DNA of 64,000 bases, from positions 149,234,001 to 149,298,000 of the forward strand of contig NC_042999.1 of assembly GCF_006345805.1 (NCBI RefSeq), written 5' to 3'. Of the stretch, positions 50,721-63,316 are shown in pieces. Under the pieces are notes generated by a model that ran no database searches, was not told the origin of the DNA, and was given only the letters and a program-made list of their open reading frames with translations. A program made the position numbers and the translations under genes. The DNA is from Octopus sinensis (taxonomy: Eukaryota). Numbering within the stretch: position 1 is the first letter of the stretch; each line of letters opens with the position of its first letter.

Positions 50721-52491
50721 CCCCCCCTAGTACATTGATCAACCATACAGTGGTGTTCATCTAAGGTCCTATATACAAACATGTGTATACACAAACATGA
50801 AGGTTTCAAACAGCAAGAATGAGGAGCAACACCACATTTGGTAGGTAAGTATATTTTTTAGTCTCATCTAACATGGAGGCTGATTATCAACATCCTTAAG
50901 AGGATCATTTGAAAAATTTTGGAATTTTCTACATGAAATTATTGGTAGCTTTGTTAATCCACAAAGAACGTGCGCGCACACACACACACAATGCTAAAAC
51001 TCCATCAAGTGGCAAAACCCTAAAACTAAATGAATCCTCTGACAGACTCAAAGATATGACTTCTTGTTCAGTTAACAGAACAATTAGCTCTCTGAATTGT
51101 GATGTCTTTGACTATTTCACAGACAATATAGTCCTATGTCACACACTGTGTGGAAATGCTGGCTCTTTGAATTAGAGGCACAGTTCATTTGAAAGGTTTC
51201 TTAACAGTTTCCACTTGATTTCACAAACAAGGCTTTTGCTGAACTGAGGCTATGGTACAAGAGACTTGCTCCAGGTGCTGTTCAGCAGGATTGAACATGG
51301 AACTGTTTGATTGCAGAACAGGCTACTTAACCATTTTACATGTACCCATTTTATAAGAGTACTTCAAATGAATGAGTACCTACAACAAACATCTCATCAC
51401 CATTACTATTATTTTTATAACTGAGTAGTGAAAAGTAGAGAGGTGAAAGGCTTGCTGTAATATCAGCAGCTTGTCTGTAGACAGACAGACATGTTGGCAG
51501 GCAGTTTGTCAAAATAGAGAGGGAGAGTGGGAGGGAGAATGGAAAAAGAAAGTGATATGAGGCAGAATAGGTAAAAATGTAAAAAGTTACAAAGGATTCA
51601 AAAAAATCTGTAGTATTTTTAATTTCAAATTTCACTCATTGTTCACATAACAGTCATAAATATACACAATACTGCAAACACAAAGCACCATAACAAAGTC
51701 AATTGAAATGCAATTGTAAAACAGAAAAGAAACATTAATAACCTCCCCTCTACACACGCAATTACAAATATATATATAAAAATGTCTAAGCCTTATGACT
51801 GCTGGAGTGAAGATAGAGCAACTGCTGTGCTGTCTAAAGCAGAAACACCTGTCCACAGCTGTTCTCTTGCCTTCATGATCAAAAACAAAAATAAATCAGA
51901 CTATCGTTTTCTTAATGGCATACCATTTACAGAGACAGACCTGAAACTGACCTGGAATAAAGAGAGCATGTCACTGAATGGCAATGAGAAGACTTTGACA
52001 AACCTCATTGATTGACTGACTAACCAAATGATTAATCAAACGATTGGTTAGTTCATTGGTGAAATAGATAACCAATTGACAAATAAGTAATAAAGAAGTG
52101 AAACAGTACCAGTGCATGTGTTTATTATTGGCACAATGACCCTCCCAAGAAATGGCAAATGTAGTTCAACATACAAGTTCATATCAGGAAACTTGCAAAT
52201 CAAATATCCATGAGAATTCTTTATTATTATTTCCTTTTATTATTCAGAGTTGGCTGCAGTTGCTACTACGCTTATGTTTCCTGAAGCAAAGATGATTTCA
52301 ATAACAAATATATTTTGTACGGTATTTAATAGACCTGTACTTGCAATTATAATCCAAATTTGTGACACTGGACACACAAAGATATTCCTCATATCTCATT
52401 TTATTTTATATACATACATGTGTGTGTGTGTGAATATGTATATATATATATATATATATATCTATCTTTTTTTATTTTTTTTTATATCTTT

Positions 52492-52853
52492 TTACTCCTT
52501 TCAGTCACTAAATTGTAGCCGTGTGGGGTGGGGGCACTGCCTCGAAGGATTTTAGCTGAATGAATCCCAGTACATATTTTTAAAAGCCTGGTATTTATTC
52601 TATCAGTGTCTTTTGTTGAACTGCTAAGTTATGGGGATGTAAACACACCAACACCGGTTGTCAAGCAGTGACAAGGTACAGACACAAAGACATGCATACA
52701 GATAACCATAATATATATATACACACTTTTATTAAAGCTGCAAAATTATCACAAAAAATTGTTACTCAGAGTTTTACATTCCCACTCATCAGTTGTGATG
52801 AAAACTAACTTTTCTACCTTGTTTTACACTAATGTGCTTACCTGTGTGTGTGC

Positions 52854-52922
<69 letters not shown>

Positions 52923-53075
52923 TACATACATATATAATATGAAAAGCTACTTACAGTTTCTGTCAACAAAATTCACTCGCAAGTACTTGGTAGGCTTAAG
53001 GCTATAGCAGAAGGCAAGCCCAAGGGGGAGGGGGCTGAACCTGGAACCATGTGGTTGGGAAGCAAACTTCTTACA
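52492..53075 (-). mobile_element. SINE family B split by an insertion in its central microsatellite
   Basis: Tail part 52492-52690 and head part 52940-53075, with foreign sequence and (TA)n between. Confidence 0.75.
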
Positions 53076-53076
53076 A

Positions 53077-53128
<52 letters not shown>

Positions 53129-53130
<2 letters not shown>

Positions 53131-53912
53131 TAGCAGTATCGCCCGGCATTGCTCGGGTTTGTAAGGGAAATAACTATATAAGCATTTTTAGAGAGTTATA
53201 GCAAAAAAAAATGCATTAAAAATGATGGTAAATTCTTTTTAAAATCGTAGACTCATTGTAGACGTGCGCTAATACCCAGAAGGGCTCAATATGAATCACG
53301 ACTATAAGATACCCGCTTTTGGTTACACTGCACAGCAAAATGTGGGAGTAGTTAGGAATCTAAATCGTAGGAGACAGACACACAACTTGACTTTTTTATA
53401 TAAAGACTAGCAGTATCGCCCGGCATTGCTCGGGTTTTAAAGGAAATAACTATATAAGCATTTTTAGAGAGTTACTTCCCTTATAAATTCGGGCTTTCTT
53501 AGCCATTTTTGTTTTGGTGTCTTCAAGCCATGAAGTCGTTGTTCTAAAAGAACGCTGGTTTCCTTCACAATGCATTACGACGTTGATTTCTTTACACTCC
53601 CTTCCCCACAGCTTCACGAGGGAGGGAAGGGGGAGAAGCAAACAGGTGCAGCTGTGAGTGTGGACGCCAACTCCGCCGCCATCGACACACGATGCATTTT
53701 ATGCATTAAAATGGAATAAAAAATGATGTTAAATTATTTTTTAAATCGTAGACTCATCGTTGACGCGCGCTAATAGTCAGACGGGCTCGATATGAATCAC
53801 GACTATAAGATACCCGAATTTGGTTAAACTGCACCGCAAAATGTGGGAGGAGTTAGGAATCTAAATCGTAGGGGACAGACACTCACACAACTAGAGTTTT
53901 ATATATATAGAT
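53129..53912 (+). mobile_element. Head-to-tail tandem of two non-autonomous Helitron-like elements (53129-53405 and 53406-53912)
   Basis: Both start actagcagtatcgcccggcattgctcgggttt and end gacagacac...cacaact.ga.ttttatata(t/a)a. No TSD. The first copy has an internal deletion. Confidence 0.75.
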
Positions 53913-54324
53913 ATGTGTGTGTGTGTGTGTCTTATCTCTCTTGTTTCCAAGAGAGGTAGCCATGTACCTCCTCTACTGCAAGACATCTACATCTATCCTT
54001 TTATTCATAATCTAACCTCTAATCATATGGTAAACACTGCCCCTCTCAACACTATTCTCATTTCAGATGAGGAATCTTGACTTGCAAGTTACTTGGTGAT
54101 CTCACTGCTGCTGGTGCCACATAAAAAGCACCCGGTACACCATGTGAAGGGGTGGGCATTAGGAAGGGCATCCAGCTGTAGATACCATGCCAAAACAGAG
54201 AGTGGAGGTTGGCATAGTCTTCTAACTTGTCAGCTACTGTCAAACAATCTTTGCCAGCATAGAAGTTGGGCATTGAATGATGAATTATTTTTATCAGCAT
54301 TTCTGATCCTATTTAGTAGAAAAA

Positions 54325-55345
54325 AGGTTCTGGAAATACTGCTTCATATTTTGGAACAAATGTAAGGAGGACCATACAAGATTGCATAAATTAATAAATA
54401 ACATTCATGAATTGATCCAGTTCCCTAAAGAAATTAATAAAGGGAACTTCCTTTTCTGGATATTCTGTTAATTATTAAAGGAAATGAGACAGTTATAGCC
54501 AATTCTTGACACACATTTTTGATCTTGCTATCCATTCCACAAAGAAAAAGAAAGAAAAAATTCAATATGGTAAGTGGTATATGCTCAATAGTTAGACACA
54601 AACAGGTTAGAGAAACAACTGTTAGAGCCAATTATGTTACTTCCATATCAAAACCAAAGCAAAAGAAATCCACATTTCTGCTTTATGGAGAAACACTCAC
54701 AATGAGGGGGGAAAATAAAAACACAAATATAAATATTCCATTTGTAGTCACCCATAATCCTAGAAACTGTAACATCTTACATTTGGCCACACAATACATC
54801 CCAATTTTACATCAATCATCAAATCTCCAACAAATAATTAAAGAATTAAAAATTATCAACAGCCAGAGACAACCATCAAATGTCAAAAGACTAACAAAAA
54901 ATAACACGAGTAACAAACCGCGGAGACCCTCATTGTGGGATGTGTGAAATGATTGAATAAGGAACAGCCAAAGATTCAAGGATGGAAAGGAATTGAAGGT
55001 AAATGCAAACATAAATTGCAAAACGAAAAACTTATCTACCATATCACATGTTCACAATGCAATGAGAATTACATTGGAGAAACAGGATCAAAGAGAATTA
55101 CATTGGAGACACAGGATCAAAATTAGCCAGCTGAATGATAGTGCACAAACAGCAAATTAAAGATTCAGTTCTTAGAATAAATGCTCCAAGCAGTATACAT
55201 CTAGATATTTGTGCAAATGGAAAATTAAAAATATTTCCGTTTTTTTTTTTTGAAAATAAAATAAAATTATCAATAACAAAAAGACAAAAGAAGAATACTT
55301 TATAAGAATTCTAATTGCAAAACTACATCAGAAACAGTCAACACC
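54325..55345 (+). mobile_element. Penelope-like retroelement remnant (RT C-terminal half + linker + GIY-YIG)
   Basis: With frameshifts: WKYCFIFWNKCKEDHTRLHKLINNIHELIQF..ELPFLDIL..FNMVSGICSIV..IPFVVTHNPRN..IINSQRQPSNVKRL..NINCKTKNLIYHITCSQCNENYIGETG..HKQQI..HLDICANG. Confidence 0.9.
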
Positions 55346-55711
55346 ATTACTAGAAAAAACTTCTTTTAAAGCAGATTAACCCAGAATACATTTGAAAAGT
55401 TGAACAATGAAAGCACTGACACACAATACAAAAACTTCTTTCCCAAAAACTCATGTCATTCTCTTTTGACAAAACATTTTTTTAAATATTTAATAACTTC
55501 AAAAGTCTTTTTTTAAATATGACAGCATTGAGTATTTTTGCAAACACTTTTAAATACATACACAGAGGTAAACATACACATGCACACATTCAGCTAATAA
55601 AAATATTGCATTTTTTAAAGACATTTTATAGTCAATGGCCTAGTACCCTAATTTTAAGAGTAAATAGACAGTGTAACTAAATGAATATAGAAAATATAAG
55701 TAGTGGCTGTG

Positions 55712-56085
55712 AGGTACAGGAGTGGCTGTGTGGTAAGTATCTTGTTCATCAACCACATGGTTCTGGGTACAGTTCCACTGTGTAGCACCTTGGGCAAGAG
55801 TCTTCTACTATATCCTTGGGCCAACCAAAGCCTTGTGAAAGGATATGGTAGGCAGAAACTGAAAGAAGCCCATTGTAGATATATATATGTGTGTGTGTTT
55901 GTCCCCCCACCCCAACATTGCTTTACAACCATTGCTGGTGTAATTACATTCCCGTAACTTAGCGATTTGGTAACGGAGACTGATAGAATAGGTACTGGGC
56001 TTACAAAGTCCTGGGATCAATTTGCTCAACGAAAGGCAGTGCTCCAACATGGCCACAGTCAAATGACTCAAACAAGTAAAAGAAT
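55712..56085 (+). mobile_element. SINE family B
   Basis: Head-to-tail similarity to 8577-8950. Confidence 0.85.
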
Positions 56086-56841
56086 GCCTGATATTTTCAA
56101 GCTCATACCCCCCTCCCCACACCCTGTTCTTTGGAGGTGGGAGGGGCACAATTGGATTGCTATCATTTATCCCTAGCTCCTCTCACCCTCACAAGAAGCC
56201 AGAATTACTTTGGGAGGAAGGGAGGGAAGCACCTTTTTCTGGTCACTTAGTTTCACATTAAATATAACCCAGTTCACCTCATCAGTCAAGGAAGTAATGT
56301 TTTATCTGTTGCCGTGACAACAAATCAGCCCTTTTTTATCTTCTTTTTATGTATGTGGGGGAAGAAAGGGAGAGAGAGAGAGAGAACAGTATGTGTGTAG
56401 GGAGAAGTGCTTAGGTGATGGTGGGGAAAGGGTATGAGAAAGACGGGGGGGGGTAGGCAATGATAAAAGGTTGCTGCTAATGTTAGGTGTGTGACAGTGT
56501 GATAAGAATTCCAAATAAGATTGACAGTGATGGAAATGCCATAGGTGAGGGGTGGGGTGGGTGGGAAACAAGTAGAAGGGTAGGCAGGGGAGAAAAATAG
56601 TTCAATGCTATCTTTTATCTTTTACCTGTTTCAGTCTGCGGCCATGTTGCAGGGGGGGGGGTACCCGGGGGGGGGGTACCGCCCTCAATTTTTAGTCAAC
56701 TAAATCAAACCTAGAATTTATTTTTAGGTCTATTATTTATTCTATTGGTCTCTATTGCTGAACCACTAGATTACAGGGATGCAAACACACCAACACTGGT
56801 TGTCAAGTGGCGATGAAGGGGGACAAACAGCCAGAAAGACT

Positions 56842-56873
<32 letters not shown>

Positions 56874-56906
56874 CACACATTTATGTATATACATATATAT
56901 GTATAT

Positions 56907-57419
56907 AGGCACAGGAGTGGCTGTGTGGTAAGTAGCTTGCTAACCAACCACATGGTTCCGGGTTCAGTCCCACTGCGTGGCATCTTGGGCAAGTGTCTTC
57001 TGCTATAGCCCCGGGCCGACCAATGCCTTGTGAGTGGATTTGGTAGACGGAAACTGAAAGAAGCCTGTCGTATATATGTATATATATATATTATATATGT
57101 GTCGGTGGCACTAAAAACACCATCCGAGCGTGGCCGTCTGCCAGCCTCGTCTGGCACCTGTGTCGGTGGCACATAAAAAAACATCCGAGCGTGGCCGTTC
57201 GCCAGCCTCGTCTGGCACCTGTGTCGGTGGCACATAAATCACCCACTACACTCTCGGAGTGGTTGGCGTTAGGAAGGGCATCCAGCTGTAGAAGAAACAC
57301 TGCCAGATCTGACTGGCCTGTGCAGCCTTCGGGCTCCCCAGACCCCAGTTGAACCGTCCAACCCATGCTAGCATGGAAAACGGACGCTAAATGATGATGA
57401 TGATGATGATGATGATATG

Positions 57420-57450
<31 letters not shown>

Positions 57451-57669
57451 TTGTGTGTCTGTTTTTGTTCCCCTAGCATTGCTTGATAACCGATGCTGGT
57501 GTGTTAACGTCCCCGTCACTTAGCGGTTCGGCAAAAGAGACCGATAGAATAAGTACTGGGCTTACAAAGAATAAGTCCTGGGGTCGATGTGGTCGACTAG
57601 AAGGTGGTGCTCCAGCATGGCCGCAGTCAAATGACTGAAACAAGTAAAAGAGTAAAAGAGAGTAAAGAG
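56907..57669 (+). mobile_element. Young SINE family B with a young RTE 3'UTR fragment (about 57100-57415) inserted in its central microsatellite
   Basis: B head 56907-57090, family C units and (gat)n tail, then the B tail ending gtaaaagagtaaaagag. Confidence 0.9.
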
Positions 57670-57959
57670 TATATACATGTGATTAATCTATATTTTGTAT
57701 CTTTTCATCTGTCTTGCTCACTTACATTCTGGCGTTTGCTTTGGGAACATTCCTTTCTTGGTAAGACCATAGTGGATCTTCTTCTAGCAAAATGGATGTC
57801 CACTTACAGGTCATCCCGTTTATATGTATGTAATATAATTTTTTCTGAAACTTCAGATTTTTAAATATGCTAGACCACTGGTTTTAAATTGATGTTAATC
57901 AAATTAATATCCAATTTTTCACCCTTATTATTTTATATATACATATATATGTATACATA

Positions 57960-58290
57960 CACACACACACAGATATATACACTTATATAGATACACACAC
58001 ACACACACATAGATATATACACTTATATAGATACACACACACACGCACACATAGATATATACACTTATATAGATACACACACACACACATAGATATATAC
58101 ACTTATATAGATACACACACACATAGATATATACACTTATATAGATACACACACACACACATAGATAGATATATACACTTATATAGATACACACACACAC
58201 ACATAGATATATACACTTATATAGATACGCACACACACATATATACACTTATATAGATACACACACACACACACACATATATATATATTC
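57960..58290. repeat. Minisatellite, 8 cores of agatatatacacttatatagat separated by variable (AC)n
   Basis: Cores at about 57971, 58011, 58053, 58091, 58125, 58167, 58205 and 58240. Confidence 0.9.
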
Positions 58291-58381
58291 GAATACATAT
58301 AGATGTAATTGACTATCCCCCTCCCCCAAATTTCAGGCCTTGTGCCTATCATAGAAAGGATTATTATTATCATTATTGCAG

Positions 58382-59055
58382 ATGGACGAGGAGAGCTGTG
58401 TGAAGAAGTGCCACTCCCAAACAGTGGGAGGAATCTGGGGTTGAGGGAGACCAAGGAAGACATGGGATGAGGTGGTGAAGCATGACCTTCGAATGCTGGG
58501 CCTCACAGAGGCAATGACAAAAGACCTAGACTTCTAGAGGTATACTGTGACTGAGGAAGACCCGGCAAATAAAGTGAGTCCACAGCTGTAACCTGCACTA
58601 GTGTTGCATAACCAGCCCACTGGAATGTATCATGGATCATAGGGAGACATGCTGTGCTTGAGGAGACCTATTGAGTCAAGTACATCAACATCAATAGCAA
58701 TATCAAAATCAAATCAGATGGAAATGTAGTTGTGAGCCCTGTGCCAGCAGCACATAAAAAGCACCATCCAAATATGGCTGATGCCAGTGCCACTTTGACT
58801 GACTTCTGTGCTGGTGGTACATAGAAAGCACCATCCAATTGTGGTTGATGCCAGCTCCTCTGGCCCCTGTGCTGGTGGCACGTAAAAAGCAACCACTACA
58901 CTCTCGGAATGGTTGGCGTTAGGAATGGCATCCAGCTGTAGAAACACTACCAGATCAGATTGGGGCCTGGTGCAGTCTCCTGGCTTCCCAGACCCCAGTT
59001 GAACTGTCCAACCCATGCCAGCATGGAAAATGGACGTTAAACAATGATGATGATT
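58382..59055 (+). mobile_element. 5'-truncated RTE-clade LINE (ORF2 C-terminus + 3'UTR)
   Basis: Translates MDEESCVKKCHSQTVGGIWG*GRPRKTWDEVVKHDLRMLGLTEAMTKDLDF*RY (RTE GRPRKTW motif), then runs into the family C tandem units and (gat)n tail. Confidence 0.9.
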
Positions 59056-59873
59056 ATGATTATTATTATTATTATTATTATATGTTTTTATAAATGACTT
59101 TGCCTTTCACCCTTACGACTGAGGTAAATACAATATGTACATCTCTACAAGTGCTGGGGTTGTTATTGTTGAGGGCAGTGCCTTAGCAGCCCCAAAACTG
59201 ACACTACAAAACTAAAAGTACCAATATTCCCTTATGTCAATATAAGAAAATGGTATCAAGAAAATGCATGAAAATCTTTACCAGAAGGGTTTACTTACAA
59301 AACACACAATATTTGGTTTATGAAATCATTATCCTTACTTCTAATGTTGTTGTTCTTCAACACACAGATGGTTAGGTTGCCTGTAATTATGCCTCAGCTC
59401 CTGCTCATAGGTCAGAAGCACAATTCCTTTCCCAGCACATGAGCTGTTCGAAGCATTGCACACGTTTGTGCACTCATTTATAATAACAAATGCCAAAACA
59501 AATATCTGTGTGTCAGTGTGTCACACTTTGACCCCCCACCCTCTCTCACTATTCAATGACACTTCCACTATTCCTCATATGGGAGTAATAGTAGGCATAG
59601 TGGCAGTGAGGGTGGTAGTAGAGTGACAGTTGAGATGGTAATGGGGTGACAGTAATAGTATGAGCTGTAGTTGTGATGATGAGGCAATGGTGATGATGGT
59701 GGTGGTAGCTAAAGCGGTCAGGGAAGATGGTGATAGTAAGCAATGTGAAAGATAGTGGTGATGGAGGAGAAGGCAGTGAAGCTGGAAGTATTGATGGTGG
59801 TGGCATCAGAAGTCTGAATGGTGTGTGTATGGTAGTTGTTGTTGTGATGGTATGGTTGAAAACAACCAAGAGT

Positions 59874-59907
<34 letters not shown>

Positions 59908-61176
59908 GGTTAGACAGAAAAAAAAATGTTTTGACCCCTGAATTGAAAGACAAAATATGTTATCATGCAACTTTGCAATAAGTTCTAAGTCGACAAATTA
60001 TATCATTGTTTTGATGAAAATTGTTCTTTGCTTGAAAAATACTGTTAAAGTTTAATAAAATTTAATACTCAATGTATGAAGTGTCATTGTTGGGCCCAAG
60101 GCCCAATGAAGATCCCTCCACAGGAGCTTGCTTAAAAGCTGCTCGATAGGGTGGCTTTTAAACTAGTATCTACTATTAGGGGCCTGTCAATGGGGATCAC
60201 AGTCCTCACAGTACCAAGGTATGATATAATATTTTTTATTTCTTTATTGCCCACAAGGGGCTAAACATAGAGGAGACAAACAAGGACAGACAAAGGAATT
60301 ACGTCGATTACATCAACCCCAGTGCGTTACTGGTACTTAATTTATCGACCTCGAAAAGATGAAAGGCAAAGTCGACCTCGGTGGAATTTGAACTCAGAAC
60401 AAACTCTGTGTGTGTGTGTGCACATTCATGCATGTATGTGTGAATGTGTGTGTGTATTTTTGTGTTTACTTGTCTTGACACCATGTGAATGTTGTATATG
60501 ATTGCCATTCATTTCCAATGTTCTGTGCAAACATGTATGAAAACAGGTAAAAGTTGGCAACAGGAAGGGCATCTGGCCATAGAAAATCCACTTAATAAAG
60601 TGTGTCTGATCCATGTCAGCATAGAAAAGTGAACATTAAAACAATGAGGATGATGATGATTATGGCTTGACAAATAGATAAGTCATACAAAAAACACTTT
60701 TCATCCCAGTTCTGCTGAGTCACACACAGTTCAACAGCAACAACAACAGCAACAATTGCTGTGTATTCTATAAAATCTATTGTTCTGATAGGTTTTGTTT
60801 AGTCATTGTAATATTGGTGATAAAAAAATCTAACTGTTCCACTTGAACAAATATGTAAGGTACGAAGTCATGCTTCATTGATTCATGTGGTGAGAAATTT
60901 ACTTTCAAGCAACAAATCTAAAGTTTTTATTTTTAGAATTTACATCATGATCATCTAATGTCCATTCTCCATGCTGACATGGGTTGGATAGTTTGAAAGG
61001 TGCTGGCCAGCTGAGGAGTTGCCAGGGCTCCATGTCTATTTTGGCATGGTTTCTACAACTGGATGCCCTTCCTAATACCAATCACTTTACAGAGTGTACA
61101 GGGTGCTTTTATGCACCACCGGCACAACTGGTTCTGACATGGAACCAGCATCCACAAATAAATAAATAGATATAAA

Positions 61177-61610
61177 ATCAAAATCAAAATCAAAATCGAT
61201 CAACATCAATGGAAATTGCAGCTGTGATACCAGTGCCGGTGGTACGTAAGAGAACCATCCGAATGTGACTGTTGCCAGCGCTGCCCCAACTGGCCTCGTG
61301 CCAGTGACACGTAAAAAGCACCATCCGATCGTGGCCGTTGCCAGCCTCGCTTGGCCCCCATGCCGGTGGCACGTAAAAAGCACCATCCGATCATGGCCGT
61401 TTGCCAGCCTCGTCTGGCATCTGTGCCGGTGGCACGTAAAAAGCACCCACTACACTTACGGAGTGGTTGGCATTAGGAAGGGCATCCAGCCGTAGAAACA
61501 TTGCCAGATCAGACTGGGCCTGGTGCAGCCTTCTGGCTTCCCAGACCCCAGTTGAACTGTCCAACCCATGCTAGCATGGAAAGCGGATGCTAAACGATGA
61601 TGATGATGAT
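61177..61610 (+). mobile_element. RTE LINE 3'UTR fragment (family C) with about 4 tandem units
   Basis: Repeated tgccggtggcacgtaaaaagcaccatccgatcgtggccgttgccagcctcg units. Another fragment follows at about 61620-61850. Confidence 0.9.
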
Positions 61611-62814
61611 ATATAAGTACCTGTGCCAGTGGAACGTAAAAGCACCATTCAAGCATGGTTGATGCCAGTGTTGCCTGACTGGCTACCATGCTGGTGGCAC
61701 ATAAAAAGCATCCAGAGTGGTTGGCGTTAGGAAGGGCATCCAGCTGTAGAAACCTTGCCAAATCAGATTGGAGCCTGATGCAGTCTCCCTGGCTTGCCAG
61801 TCCTCAGTTGAACCGTGCAACCCATGCTAGCATGGAAAGCTGATTATGATGATGAGTGTGGGAGGAAAGTGACAGATGGGTAGGAATTAGGTTAAGTGTG
61901 GATGTAGTGAGAAATGAAAAAGGGTGAAGATGTGGTTGGTATTGAAGAGAGATGAGAGAAATAGAAATGACAACCATCAGCACAGGAGATGTGGGGAGCA
62001 GCAGTATCATATATTTGCGGATAAATCAGAGAGTAGGGGATGTGCAGTGGGTGACAGTGGAGGATTGGGAGAATGATGAACTGTGGCAAAGATGTGGATC
62101 ATAGGCACATGAGACTGGCTTAAGTGAATGGAGTAACAAAGGCAGAGAGAGGAGGTGTCAATAGTGGATATGAGGTGTTGAGAATGATGGCAGATGAGAG
62201 AGGTGTTAAGGATGAGACATGGTGGACCTAAGACGTAGCTCAGAGAGCAGGGAGAGATTACTGAAAGGCACAGAAAGTTGGGTGAATCGTGGAAGGTGAT
62301 ATGGACAGAGATGATGAGTGAAGTTACTGGTACTACCAAAGGTGGAAGGATGAAGTATGACGAGCTGATTCTGATCTCAAATGATCGCCCCAGCTGAATA
62401 GTACCTTTGTTAGAAGAGTGATGGAGGGATGAACATTAGGAAGATGAAATGATGGGGGAGGGGGTATGTTTGGTGGGGCACAGTTACACGTGTGTGTGTG
62501 TGTGTGATAATCTAACTTTCCAGTTGTCGTTGTTTAGGGCCAATTTAGTCTTACAATAAAATACATTACAACCATGATCATATCATTTAATATGTCCTTC
62601 TTTTCTAATACAGTAAGGGATGACTTCAAAGAGATTTCACTACTATTTCTAGCACTAATAAGTTTAGCAGTGATGTATAGCAGTAAATCCCTGTCTTCTA
62701 CCCCACCCCACCACCATTACTTTATGTACATTATTCATTTGTTTTACTTCATTACTGGCCACACTCATCCTCTTTAAACACCATGGAAACTGAGATAATC
62801 ATGTATGTATCTGT

Positions 62815-62846
<32 letters not shown>

Positions 62847-63046
62847 AGCCTTGTCTTGGCATCACATGATGGTTATGAACGAGCATCATCAACACACAGA
62901 TATTGTTGTCCAGTCCCTGTTTACCATGAAAAACACAACTGTCCATGGGTGAAAAGGGTCAAGGTTGGTGACAGGAAGAGCATCCAACTGTAAAAAATCT
63001 CTCTCAACAATTTCCGTCTGTCACATGGAAACATGGAAAAATGGAC

Positions 63047-63316
63047 ATTATGTCTCACTACCATGCAGCATTGCAGTCTCAACTCAAGCATCGTACAATC
63101 TGCCCTTCACTCTGGGGAAAAAGACCTTGTTGCCATCAGTGGTAGTAGCTCCCTGAACTTTTTCCAGCCCATTCTTACTCTGACTACTATACTTTCAGAG
63201 CAATTACTTCCCTTGCTGATGACATCTTTCAGGTAGCAAAAGCTATCAACTACTTCCAGTGAACCATCCAGGCATTCAAGGGGTTCTATTTCTGGTATGT
63301 TCAGTTCATGGAACAT
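63047..63316 (-). mobile_element. RTE-clade LINE ORF2 fragment (post-RT region)
   Basis: Translates LEVVDSFCYLKDVISKGSNCSESIVVRVRMGWKKFRELLPL, then after a shift VKGRLYDA*VETAMLHGSET*. Matches the RTE LEVVDxFxYLG...GWKKFRELLP...KGRLYxxCVRxAMLYGSETW motif. Confidence 0.9.

Noticed and set aside
50909-52015. Plus ORFs at 50909-51175 and 51782-52015
   Set aside because: No recognisable domain or convincing splice context, and competing open frames on the opposite strand.
57100-57240. Regular ~57-bp units resembling a CRISPR array (also 61220-61440)
   Set aside because: Whole units repeat with no unique spacers, they belong to the RTE 3'UTR, and the DNA is eukaryotic.
61850-62460. Purine-skewed blocks (also 41850-42110, 49200-49560, 56340-56580)
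   Set aside because: Possibly ancient LINE fragments, but no protein motif was recoverable, so they are left unannotated.
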